Shown here in pieces: positions 15,001 to 28,938 of a stretch of DNA of 64,000 nucleotides. Under the pieces are notes generated by a model, which was not told the DNA's origin, ran no database searches, and saw only the letters and a program-made list of their open reading frames with translations. Source of the DNA: Eledone cirrhosa (lineage: Eukaryota). Position numbers and translations under genes: made by a program. The stretch spans positions 333,622,001-333,686,000 of the forward strand of contig OZ024743.1 in assembly GCA_964016885.1 (NCBI GenBank), written 5' to 3'. How positions within the stretch are numbered: the stretch's first letter is position 1; the number at the start of each line of letters is the position of its first letter.

Positions 15001-18000
15001 TATTGCCTACTACTGTTGACCAATACTGTCATTATTGTCTACTACTGTTGACCAATACTGTCATTATTGTCTACTACTGTTGATCAATACTGTCATTATT
15101 GTCTACTTCTGTTGACCAATACTGTCATTATTGTCTACTACTGTTGACCAATACTGTCATTATTGTCTACTACTGTTGACCAATACTTTCATTATTGTCT
15201 ACTACTGTTGATCAATACTGTCATTATTCTCTACTACTGTTGACCAATACTGTCTTTATTGTCTACTTCTGTTGACCAATACTGTCCTTATTCTCTACTA
15301 CTGTTGACCAATACTTTCATTATTGTCTACTTCTGTTGACCAATACTGTCATTATTGTCTACTACTGTTGACCAATACTGTCTTTATTGTCTACTACTGT
15401 TGACCAATACTGTCATTATTGTCTACTTCTGTTGACCAATACTGTCATTATTGTCTACTACTGTTGACCAATACTGTCATTATTGTTTACTACTGTTGAC
15501 CAATACTTTCATTATTGTCTACTACTGTTGACCAATACTGTCATTATTGTCTACTTCTGTTGATCAATACTGTCATTATTCTCTACTACTGTTGACCAAT
15601 AGTCATTATTGTCTACTTCTGTTGACCAATACTGTCCTTATTCTCTACTACTGTTGACCAATACTTTCATTGTTGTCTACTACTGTTGACCAATACTGTC
15701 ATTATTGTCTACTACTGTTGACCAATACTGTCATTATTGTCTACTTCTGTTGACCAATACTGTCATTATTGTCTACTACTGTTGACCAATACTGTCATTA
15801 TTGTCTACTTCTGTTGACCAATAATGTCATTATTGTCTACTACTGTTGATCAATACTTTCATTATTGACTACTACTGTTGACCAATACTGTCATTATTGT
15901 CTACTACTGTTGACCAATACTTTCATTATTGTCTACTACTGTTGACAAATACTGTCATTATTGTCTACTTCTGTTGACCAATACTGTCATTATTGTCTAC
16001 TTCTGTTGACCAATACTGTCATTATTGTCTACTACTGTTGACCAATACTGTCATTATTGTCTACTACTGTTGACCAATACTGTCATTATTGTCTACTACT
16101 GTTGACCAATACTGTCATTATTGTCCACATCTGTTGACCAATACTGTCATTATTTTCTACTACTGTTGACCAATACTGTATATTATTGTCTACTACTGTT
16201 GACCAATATCTTCATTATTGTCTACTACTGTTGACCAATACTGTCCTTATTCTCTACTACTGTTGACCAATACTTTCATTATTGTCTACTTCTGTTGACC
16301 AATACTGTCATTATTGTCTACTACTGCTGACCAATAATGTCATTATTGTCAACTACTGTTGACCAATACTGTTATTATTGTCTACTTCTGTTGACCAATA
16401 CTGTCATTATTCTCTACTACTGTTGACCAATAATGTCATTATTCTCTACTACTGTTGACCAATACTGTCATTATTGTCTACTACTGTTGACCAATACTTT
16501 CATTATTGTCTCCTACTGTTGACCAATACTGTCATTGTCTACTACTGTTGACCAATAATGTCATTATTCTCTACTACTGTTGACCAATACTTTCATTATT
16601 GACTACTACTGTTGACCAATACTGTCATATATGTCTACTACTGTTGACCAATACTGTCATTATTGTCTACTACTGTTGACCAATACTTACATTATTGTCT
16701 ACAACTGTTGATCAATACTTTCATTGTCTACTACTGTTGACCAATACTGTCAATATTGTCTACTACTGTTGACCAATAATGTCATTATTGTCTACTACTG
16801 TTGACCAATACTGTCATTATTGTCTACTTCTGTTGATCAATACTGTCATTATTGTCTACTACTGTTGACCAATACTGTCATTATTGTCTACTACTGTTGA
16901 CCAATACTTTCATTATTGTCTACTACTGTTGACCAATAATGTCATTATTCTCTACTACTGTTGACCAATACTTTCATTATTGACTACTACTGTTGACCAA
17001 TACTGTCATTATTGTCTACTACTGTTGACCAATACTGTCATTATTGTCTACTTCTGTTGACCAATACTGTCATTATTGTCTACTACTGTTGACCAATACT
17101 TACATTATTGTCTACAACTGTTGATCAATACTGTCAATATGGTCTACTACTGTTGACCAATACTGTAATTATTGTCTACTACTGTTGACCAATACTGTCA
17201 TTGTCTACTACTGTTGACCAATACTGTCATTATTGTCTACTTCTGTTGACCAATACTGTTATTATTGTCTACTACTGTTGACCAATACTGTCATTATTGT
17301 CTACTACTGTTGACCAATACTTTCATTATTGCCTACTACTGTTGACCAATACTGTCATTATTGTCTACTACTGTTGACCAATACTGTCATTATTGTCTAC
17401 TACTGTTGATCAATACTGTCATTATTGTCTACTTCTGTTGACCAATACTGTCATTATTGTCTACTACTGTTGACCAATACTGTCATTATTGTCTACTACT
17501 GTTGACCAATACTTTCATTATTGTCTACTACTGTTGATCAATACTGTCATTATTCTCTACTACTGTTGACCAATACTGTCTTTATTGTCTACTTCTGTTG
17601 ACCAATAATGTCCTTATTCTCTACTACTGTTGACCAATACTTTCATTATTGTCTACTTCTGTTGACCAATACTGTCATTATTGTCTACTACTGTTGACCA
17701 ATACTGTCTTTATTGTCTACTACTGTTGACCAATACTGTCATTATTGTCTACTTCTGTTGACCAATACTGTCATTATTGTCTACTACTGTTGACCAATAC
17801 TGTCATTATTGTTTACTACTGTTGACCAATACTTTCATTATTGTCTACTACTGTTGACCAATACTGTCATTATTGTCTACTTCTGTTGATCAATACTGTC
17901 ATTATTCTCTACTACTGTTGACCAATAGTCATTATTGTCTACTTCTGTTGACCAATACTGTCCTTATTCTCTACTACTGTTGACCAATACTTTCATTATT

Positions 18001-18055
18001 GTCTACTACTGTTGACCAATACTGTCATTATTGTCTACTACTGTTGACCAATACT
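3030..18055. repeat. Near-tandem duplication of ~7.0 kb (3030-10019 and 11066-18055, offset 8036) with a ~1.05-kb intervening satellite segment
   Basis: TGAACAAT at 4951/12987, CATTAATG at ~5160/13196, CCACATC at 8089/16125 and GTATAT at 3404/11440, all offset 8036. Copies diverge at 10020 versus 18056. Confidence 0.92.
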
Positions 18056-19383
18056 GTCATTATTGTCTACTTCTGTTGACCAATACTGTCATTATTGTCT
18101 ACTACTGTTGACCAATACTGTCATTATTGTCTACTTCTGTTGACCAATAATGTCATTATTGTCTACTACTGTTGATCAATACTTTCATTATTGACTACTA
18201 CTGTTGACCAATACTGTCATTATTGTCTACTACTGTTGACCAATACTTTCATTATTGTCTACTACTGTTGACCAATACTGTCATTATTGTCTACTTCTGT
18301 TGACCAATACTGTCATTATTGTCTACTTCTGTTGACCAATACTGTCATTATTGTCTACTACTGTTGACCAATACTGTCATTATTGTCTACTACTGTTGAC
18401 CAATACTGTCATTATTGTCTACTACTGTTGACCAATACTGTCATTATTGTCTACTTCTGTTGACCAATACTGTCATTATTGTCTACTACTGTTGACCAAT
18501 ACTGTATATTATTGTCTACTAGTGTTGACCAATACTTTCATTATTGTCTACTACTGTTGACCAATACTGTCATTATTGTCTACTACTGTTGACCAATTCT
18601 GTCATTATTGTCTAGTACTGTTGACCAATACTTTCATTATTGTCTACTACTGTTGACCAATATCTTCATTATTGTCTACTACTGTTGACCAATACTGTCC
18701 TTATTCTCTACTACTGTTGACCAATACTTTCATTATTGTCTACTTCTGTTGACCAATACTGTCATTATTGTCTACTACTGCTGACCAATAATGTCATTAT
18801 TGTCAACTACTGTTGACCAATACTGTTATTATTGTCTACTTCTGTTGACCAATACTGTCATTATTCTCTACTACTGTTGACCAATAATGTCATTATTCTC
18901 TACTACTGTTGACCAATACTGTCATTATTGTCTACTACTGTTGACCAATACTTTCATTATTGTCTCCTACTGTTGACCAATACTGTCATTGTCTACTACT
19001 GTTGACCAATAATGTCATTATTCTCTACTACTGTTGACCAATACTTTCATTATTGACTACTACTGTTGACCAATACTGTCATATATGTCTACTACTGTTG
19101 ACCAATACTGTCATTATTGTCTACTACTGTTGACCAATACTTACATTATTGTCTACAACTGTTGATCAATACTTTCATTGTCTACTACTGTTGACCAATA
19201 CTGTCAATATTGTCTACTACTCTTGACCAATAATGTCATTATTGTCTACTGTTGACCAATACTGTCATTATTGTCTACTTCTGTTGATCAATACTGTCAT
19301 TATTGTCTACTACTGTTGACCAATACTGTCATTATTGTCTACTACTGTTGACCAATACTTTCATTATTGTCTACTACTGTTGA
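9990..19383. repeat. ~9.4-kb block duplicated at ~34610-44002 (offset 24619)
   Basis: TTAAATT at 10021/34640, TGAAC at 12987/37606, CCACATC at 16125/40744, GTATAT at 18504/43123. Only a handful of differences were seen (for example 34820, 35298, 36607, ~37815, ~38575, 40253). Confidence 0.9.
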
Positions 19384-20551
19384 TCAATACTGTCATTATT
19401 GTCTACTTCTGTTGACCAATACTGTCATTATTGACTACTACTGTTGACCAATACTGTCATATATGTCTACTACTGTTGACCAATACTGTCATTATTGTCT
19501 ACTTCTGTTGACCAATACTGTCATTATTGTCTACTACTGTTGACCAATACTGTATATTATTGTCTACTAGTGTTGACCAATACTTTCATTATTGTCTACT
19601 ACTGTTGACCAATACTGTCATTATTGTCTACTACTGTTGACCAATTCTGTCATTATTGTCTAGTACTGTTGACCAATACTTTCATTATTGTCTACTACTG
19701 TTGACCAATATCTTCATTATTGTCTACTACTGTTGACCAATACTGTCCTTATTCTCTACTACTGTTGACCAATACTTTCATTATTGTCTACTTCTGTTGA
19801 CCAATACTGTCATTATTGTCTACTACTGCTGACCAATAATGTCATTATTGTCAACTACTGTTGACCAATACTGTTATTATTGTCTACTTCTGTTGACCAA
19901 TACTGTCATTATTCTCTACTACTGTTGACCAATAATGTCATTATTCTCTACTACTGTTGACCAATACTGTCATTATTGTCTACTACTGTTGACCAATACT
20001 TTCATTATTGTCTCCTACTGTTGACCAATACTGTCATTGTCTACTACTGTTGACCAATAATGTCATTATTCTCTACTACTGTTGACCAATACTTTCATTA
20101 TTGACTACTACTGTTGACCAATACTGTCATATATGTCTACTACTGTTGACCAATACTGTCATTATTGTCTACTACTGTTGACCAATACTTACATTATTGT
20201 CTACAACTGTTGATCAATACTTTCATTGTCTACTACTGTTGACCAATACTGTCAATATTGTCTACTACTCTTGACCAATAATGTCATTATTGTCTACTGT
20301 TGACCAATACTGTCATTATTGTCTACTTCTGTTGATCAATACTGTCATTATTGTCTACTACTGTTGACCAATACTGTCATTATTGTCTACTACTGTTGAC
20401 CAATACTTTCATTATTGTCTACTACTGTTGATCAATACTGTCATTATTGTCTACTTCTGTTGACCAATACTGTCATTATTGACTACTACTGTTGACCAAT
20501 ACTGTCATATATGTCTACTACTGTTGACCAATACTGTCATTATTGTCTACT
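18416..20551. repeat. Tandem duplication with a 1048-bp unit (~33 monomers)
   Basis: TAGTACT at 18613/19661, TCTTGACC at 19221/20269, GTATAT at 18504/19552, CATATATG at 19458/20506. Confidence 0.92.
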
Positions 20552-20599
20552 ACTGTTGACCAATACTTACATTATTGTCTACAACTGTTGATCAATACT

Positions 20600-23500
20600 T
20601 TCATTGTCTACTACTGTTGACCAATACTGTCATTATTGTCTACTTCTGTTGACCAATACTGTTATTATTGTCTACTACTGTTGACCAATACTGTCATTAT
20701 TGTCTACTACTGTTGACCAATACATTCATTATTGCCTACTACTGTTGACCAATACTGTCATTATTGTCTACTACTGTTGACCAATACTGTCATTATTGTC
20801 TACTACTGTTGATCAATACTGTCATTATTGTCTACTTCTGTTGACCAATACTGTCATTATTGTCTACTACTGTTGACCAATACTGTCATTATTGTCTACT
20901 ACTGTTGACCAATACTTTCATTATTGTCTACTACTGTTGATCAATACTGTCATTATTCTCTACTACTGTTGACCAATACTGTCTTTATTGTCTACTTCTG
21001 TTGACCAATACTGTCCTTATTCTCTACTACTGTTGACCAATACTTTCATTATTGTCTACTTCTGTTGACCAATACTGTCATTATTGTCTACTACTGTTGA
21101 CCAATACTGTCTTTATTGTCTACTACTGTTGACCAATACTGTCATTATTGTCTACTTCTGTTGACCAATACTGTCATTATTGTCTACTACTGTTGACCAA
21201 TACTGTCATTATTGTTTACTACTGTTGACCAATACTTTCATTATTGTCTACTACTGTTGACCAATACTGTCATTATTGTCTACTTCTGTTGATCAATACT
21301 GTCATTATTCTCTACTACTGTTGACCAATAGTCATTATTGTCTACTTCTGTTGACCAATACTGTCCTTATTCTCTACTACTGTTGACCAATACTTTCATT
21401 GTTGTCTACTACTGTTGACCAATACTGTCATTATTGTCTACTACTGTTGACCAATACTGTCATTATTGTCTACTTCTGTTGACCAATACTGTCATTATTG
21501 TCTACTACTGTTGACCAATACTGTCATTATTGTCTACTTCTGTTGACCAATAATGTCATTATTGTCTACTACTGTTGATCAATACTTTCATTATTGACTA
21601 CTACTGTTGACCAATACTGTCATTATTGTCTACTACTGTTGACCAATACTTTCATTATTGTCTACTACTGTTGACAAATACTGTCATTATTGTCTACTTC
21701 TGTTGACCAATACTGTCATTATTGTCTACTTCTGTTGACCAATACTGTCATTATTGTCTACTACTGTTGACCAATACTGTCATTATTGTCTACTACTGTT
21801 GACCAATACTGTCATTATTGTCTACTACTGTTGACCAATACTGTCATTATTGTCCACATCTGTTGACCAATACTGTCATTATTTTCTACTACTGTTGACC
21901 AATACTGTATATTATTGTCTACTACTGTTGACCAATATCTTCATTATTGTCTACTACTGTTGACCAATACTGTCCTTATTCTCTACTACTGTTGACCAAT
22001 ACTTTCATTATTGTCTACTTCTGTTGACCAATACTGTCATTATTGTCTACTACTGCTGACCAATAATGTCATTATTGTCAACTACTGTTGACCAATACTG
22101 TTATTATTGTCTACTTCTGTTGACCAATACTGTCATTATTCTCTACTACTGTTGACCAATAATGTCATTATTCTCTACTACTGTTGACCAATACTGTCAT
22201 TATTGTCTACTACTGTTGACCAATACTTTCATTATTGTCTCCTACTGTTGACCAATACTGTCATTGTCTACTACTGTTGACCAATAATGTCATTATTCTC
22301 TACTACTGTTGACCAATACTTTCATTATTGACTATTACTGTTGACCAATACTGTCATATATGTCTACTACTGTTGACCAATACTGTCATTATTGTCTACT
22401 ACTGTTGACCAATACTTACATTATTGTCTACAACTGTTGATCAATACTTTCATTGTCTACTACTGTTGACCAATACTGTCAATATTGTCTACTACTGTTG
22501 ACCAATAATGTCATTATTGTCTACTACTGTTGACCAATACTGTCATTATTGTCTACTTCTGTTGATCAATACTGTCATTATTGTCTACTACTGTTGACCA
22601 ATACTGTCATTATTGTCTACTACTGTTGACCAATACTTTCATTATTGTCTACTACTGTTGACCAATAATGTCATTATTCTCTACTACTGTTGACCAATAC
22701 TTTCATTATTGACTACTACTGTTGACCAATACTGTCATTATTGTCTACTACTGTTGACCAATACTGTCATTATTGTCTACTTCTGTTGACCAATACTGTC
22801 ATTATTGTCTACTACTGTTGACCAATACTTACATTATTGTCTACAACTGTTGATCAATACTGTCAATATGGTCTACTACTGTTGACCAATACTGTAATTA
22901 TTGTCTACTACTGTTGACCAATACTGTCATTGTCTACTACTGTTGACCAATACTGTCATTATTGTCTACTTCTGTTGACCAATACTGTTATTATTGTCTA
23001 CTACTGTTGACCAATACTGTCATTATTGTCTACTACTGTTGACCAATACTTTCATTATTGCCTACTACTGTTGACCAATACTGTCATTATTGTCTACTAC
23101 TGTTGACCAATACTGTCATTATTGTCTACTACTGTTGATCAATACTGTCATTATTGTCTACTTCTGTTGACCAATACTGTCATTATTGTCTACTACTGTT
23201 GACCAATACTGTCATTATTGTCTACTACTGTTGACCAATACTTTCATTATTGTCTACTACTGTTGATCAATACTGTCATTATTCTCTACTACTGTTGACC
23301 AATACTGTCTTTATTGTCTACTTCTGTTGACCAATAATGTCCTTATTCTCTACTACTGTTGACCAATACTTTCATTATTGTCTACTTCTGTTGACCAATA
23401 CTGTCATTATTGTCTACTACTGTTGACCAATACTGTCTTTATTGTCTACTACTGTTGACCAATACTGTCATTATTGTCTACTTCTGTTGACCAATACTGT

Positions 23501-26500
23501 CATTATTGTCTACTACTGTTGACCAATACTGTCATTATTGTTTACTACTGTTGACCAATACTTTCATTATTGTCTACTACTGTTGACCAATACTGTCATT
23601 ATTGTCTACTTCTGTTGATCAATACTGTCATTATTCTCTACTACTGTTGACCAATAGTCATTATTGTCTACTTCTGTTGACCAATACTGTCCTTATTCTC
23701 TACTACTGTTGACCAATACTTTCATTATTGTCTACTACTGTTGACCAATACTGTCATTATTGTCTACTACTGTTGACCAATACTGTCATTATTGTCTACT
23801 TCTGTTGACCAATACTGTCATTATTGTCTACTACTGTTGACCAATACTGTCATTATTGTCTACTTCTGTTGACCAATAATGTCATTATTGTCTACTACTG
23901 TTGATCAATACTTTCATTATTGACTACTACTGTTGACCAATACTGTCATTATTGTCTACTACTGTTGACCAATACTTTCATTATTGTCTACTACTGTTGA
24001 CCAATACTGTCATTATTGTCTACTTCTGTTGACCAATACTGTCATTATTGTCTACTTCTGTTGACCAATACTGTCATTATTGTCTACTACTGTTGACCAA
24101 TACTGTCATTATTGTCTACTACTGTTGACCAATACTGTCATTATTGTCTACTACTGTTGACCAATACTGTCATTATTGTCTACTTCTGTTGACCAATACT
24201 GTCATTATTGTCTACTACTGTTGACCAATACTGTATATTATTGTCTACTAGTGTTGACCAATACTTTCATTATTGTCTACTACTGTTGACCAATACTGTC
24301 ATTATTGTCTACTACTGTTGACCAATTCTGTCATTATTGTCTAGTACTGTTGACCAATACTTTCATTATTGTCTACTACTGTTGACCAATATCTTCATTA
24401 TTGTCTACTACTGTTGACCAATACTGTCCTTATTCTCTACTACTGTTGACCAATACTTTCATTATTGTCTACTTCTGTTGACCAATACTGTCATTATTGT
24501 CTACTACTGCTGACCAATAATGTCATTATTGTCAACTACTGTTGACCAATACTGTTATTATTGTCTACTTCTGTTGACCAATACTGTCATTATTCTCTAC
24601 TACTGTTGACCAATAATGTCATTATTCTCTACTACTGTTGACCAATACTGTCATTATTGTCTACTACTGTTGACCAATACTTTCATTATTGTCTCCTACT
24701 GTTGACCAATACTGTCATTGTCTACTACTGTTGACCAATAATGTCATTATTCTCTACTACTGTTGACCAATACTTTCATTATTGACTACTACTGTTGACC
24801 AATACTGTCATATATGTCTACTACTGTTGACCAATACTGTCATTATTGTCTACTACTGTTGACCAATACTTACATTATTGTCTACAACTGTTGATCAATA
24901 CTTTCATTGTCTACTACTGTTGACCAATACTGTCAATATTGTCTACTACTCTTGACCAATAATGTCATTATTGTCTACTGTTGACCAATACTGTCATTAT
25001 TGTCTACTTCTGTTGATCAATACTGTCATTATTGTCTACTACTGTTGACCAATACTGTCATTATTGTCTACTACTGTTGACCAATACTTTCATTATTGTC
25101 TACTACTGTTGACCAATAATGTCATTATTCTCTACTACTGTTGACCAATACTTTCATTATTGACTACTACTGTTGACCAATACTGTCATTATTGTCTACT
25201 ACTGTTGACCAATACTGTCATTATTGTCTACTTCTGTTGACCAATACTGTCATTATTGTCTACTACTGTTGACCAATACTTACATTATTGTCTACAACTG
25301 TTGATCAATACTGTCAATATTGTCTACTACTGTTGACCAATACTGTCATTATTGTCTACTACTGTTGACCAATACTGTCATTGTCTACTACTGTTGACCA
25401 ATACTGTCATTATTGTCTACTTCTGTTGACCAATACTGTTATTATTGTCTACTACTGTTGACCAATACTGTCATTATTGTCTACTACTGTTGACCAATAC
25501 TTTCATTATTGCCTACTACTGTTGACCAATACTGTCATTATTGTCTACTACTGTTGACCAATACTGTCATTATTGTCTACTACTGTTGACCAATACTTTC
25601 ATTATTGTCTACTATTGTTGATCAATACTGTCATTATTCTCTACTACTGTTGACCAATACTGTCTTTATTGTCTACTTCTGTTGACCAATACTGTCCTTA
25701 TTCTCTACTTCTGTTGACCAATACTTTCATTATTGTCTACTTCTGTTGACCAATACTGTCATAATTGTCTACTACTGTTGACCAATACTGTCTTTATTGT
25801 CTACTACTGTTGACCAATACTGTCATTATTGTCTACTTCTGTTGACCAATACTGTCATTATTGTCTACTACTGTTGACCAATACTGTCATTATTGTTTAC
25901 TACTGTTGACCAATACTTTCATTATTGTCTACTACTGTTGACCAATACTGTCATTATTGTCTACTTCTGTTGATCAATACTGTCATTATTCTCTACTACT
26001 GTTGACCAATAGTCATTATTGTCTACTTCTGTTGACCAATACTGTCCATATTCTCTACTACTGTTGACCAATACTTTCATTATTGTCTACTACTGTTGAC
26101 CAATACTGTCATTATTGTCTACTACTGTTGACCAATACTGTCATTATTGTCTACTACTGTTGACCAATACTGTCATTATTGTCTACTTCTGTTGACCAAT
26201 AATGTCATTATTGTCTACTACTATTGATCAATACTTTCATTATTGACTACTACTGTTGACCAATACTGTCATTATTGTCTACTACTGTTGACCAATACTG
26301 TTATTATTGTCTACTTCTGTTGACCTATACTGTCATTATTGTCTACTTCTGTTGACCAATAATGTCATTATTGTCTACTACTGTTGACCAATACTGTCAT
26401 TATTGCCTACTACTGTTGACCTATACTGTCATTATTGTCCACTTCTGTTGACCAATACTGTCATTATTGTCTACTACTGTTGACCAATACTGTCATTATT

Positions 26501-27843
26501 GTCTACTACTGTTGACCAATACTGTCATTGTCTACTACTGTTGACCAATACTTACATTATTGTCTACAACTGTTGATCAATACTGTCAATATTGTCTACT
26601 ACGGTTGACCAATACTTTCATTATTGTCTACTACTCTTGACCAATACTGTCATTATTGTCTACTTCTGTTGACCAATAATGTCATTATTGTCTACTACTG
26701 TTGACCAATACTGTCATTATTGTCTACTTCTGTTGACCAATAATGTCATTATTGTCTACTACTGTTGATCAATACTTTCATTATTGACTACTACTGTTGA
26801 CCAATACTGTCATTATTGTCTACTACTGTTGACCAATACTTTCATTATTGTCTACTACTGTTGACCAATACTGTCATTATTGTCTACTTCTGTTGACCAA
26901 TACTGTCATTATTGTCTACTTCTGTTGACCAATACTGTCATTATTGTCTACTACTGTTGACCAATACTGTCATTATTGTCTACTACTGTTGACCAATACT
27001 GTCATTATTGTCTACTACTGTTGACCAATACTGTCATTATTGTCCACTTCTGTTGACCAATACTGTCATTATTGTCTACTACTGTTGACCAATACTGTAT
27101 ATTATTGTCTACTAGTGTTGACCAATACTTTCATTATTGTCTACTACTGTTGACCAATACTGTCATTATTGTCTACTACTGTTCACCAATTCTGTCATTA
27201 TTGTCTAGTACTGTTGACCAATACTTTCATTATTGTCTACTACTTTTGACCAATATCTTCATTATTGTCTACTACTGTTGACCAATACTGTCCTTATTCT
27301 CTACTACTGTTGACCAATACTTTCATTATTGTCTACTTCTGTTGACCAATACTGTCATTATTGTCTACTACTGCTGACCAATAATGTCATTATTGTCAAC
27401 TACTGTTGACCAATACTGTTATTATTGTCTACTTCTGTTGACCAATACTGTCATTATTCTCTACTACTGTTGACCAATACTGTCATTATTGTCTACTACT
27501 GTTGACCAATACTTTCATTATTGTCTCCTACTGTTGACCAATACTGTCATTGTCTACTACTGTTGACCAATAATGTCATTATTCTCTACTACTGTTGACC
27601 AATACTTTCATTATTGACTACTACTGTTGACCAATACTGTCATATATGTCTACTACTGTTGACCAATACTGTCATTATTGTCTACTACTGTTGACCAATA
27701 CTTACATTATTGTCTACAACTGTTGATCAATACTTTCATTGTCTACTACTGTTGACCAATACTGTCAATATTGTCTACTACTGTTGACCAATAATGTCAT
27801 TATTGTCTACTACTGTTGACCAATACTGTCATTATTGTCTACT
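20600..27843. repeat. ~7.2-kb block duplicated at ~39490-46733 (offset 18890); its first ~4.5 kb also matches ~14870-19380 (offset 5729)
   Basis: CCACATC at 21854/40744, ACGGTT at 26601/45491, GTTCACC at 27181/46071, ORF starts at 27072/45962. TACATTC at 14992/20721 and TCTTGACC at 19221/24950. Confidence 0.92.
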
Positions 27844-28938
27844 ACTGTTGACCAATATGGCATTGTCTACTACTGTTGACCAATACTGTCATTGTCTACT
27901 ACTGTTGACCAATACTGTCATTATTGTCTACTACTGTTGACCAATACTGTCATTATTGTCTACTACTGTTGACCAATATGGCATTGTCTACTACTGTTGA
28001 CCAATACTGTCATTATTCTCTACTACTGTTGACCAATACTGTCATTGTCTACTACTGTTGACCAATACTGTCATTATTGGCTACTACTGTTGACCAATAC
28101 TGTCATTGTCTACTACTGTTGACCAATACTGTCATTATTGTCTACTACTGTTGACCAATACTGTCATTATTGTCTACTTCTGTTGACCAATACTGTCATT
28201 ATTGTCTACTACTGTTGACCAATACTGTCATTATTGTCTACTTCTGTTGACCAATAATGTCATTATTGTCTACTACTGTTCAATACTTTCATTATTGACT
28301 ACTACTGTTGACCAATACTGTCATTATTGTCTACTACTGTTGACCAATACTGTTATTATTGTCTACTTCTGTTGACCTATACTGTCATTATTGTCTACTT
28401 CTGTTGACCAATGTCATTATTGTCTACTACTGTTGACCAATACTGTCATTATTGCCTACTACTGTTGACCTATACTGTCATTGTCTACTACTGTTGACCA
28501 ATACTGTCATTATTGTCTACTACTGTTGACCAATACTGTCATTATTGTCTACTTCTGTTGACCAATACTGTCATTATTGTCTACTACTGTTGACCAATAC
28601 TGTCATTATTGTCTACTTCTGTTGACCAATAATGTCATTATTGTCTACTACTGTTGATCAATACTTTCATTATTGACTACTACTGTTGACCAATACTGTC
28701 ATTATTGTCTACTACTGTTGACCAATACTGTTATTATTGTCTACTTCTGTTGACCTATACTGTCATTATTGTCTACTTCTGTTGACCAATAATGTCATTA
28801 TTGTCTACTACTGTTGACCAATACTGTCAATATTGCCTACTACTGTTGACCTATACTGTCATTATTGTCCACTTCTGTTGACCAATACTGTCATTATTGT
28901 CTACTACTGTTGACCAATACTGTCATTATTGTCTACTA

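Noticed and set aside
27072-27281. 69-aa ORF (MSTTVDQYC...)
   Set aside because: It is translated satellite starting at TTG. The frame stays open only because of a 33-bp monomer and a TGA>TCA variant at 27184. The peptide is just the three frames of the 32-mer. The synonymous difference at 27245 is a single site and not evidence of selection.
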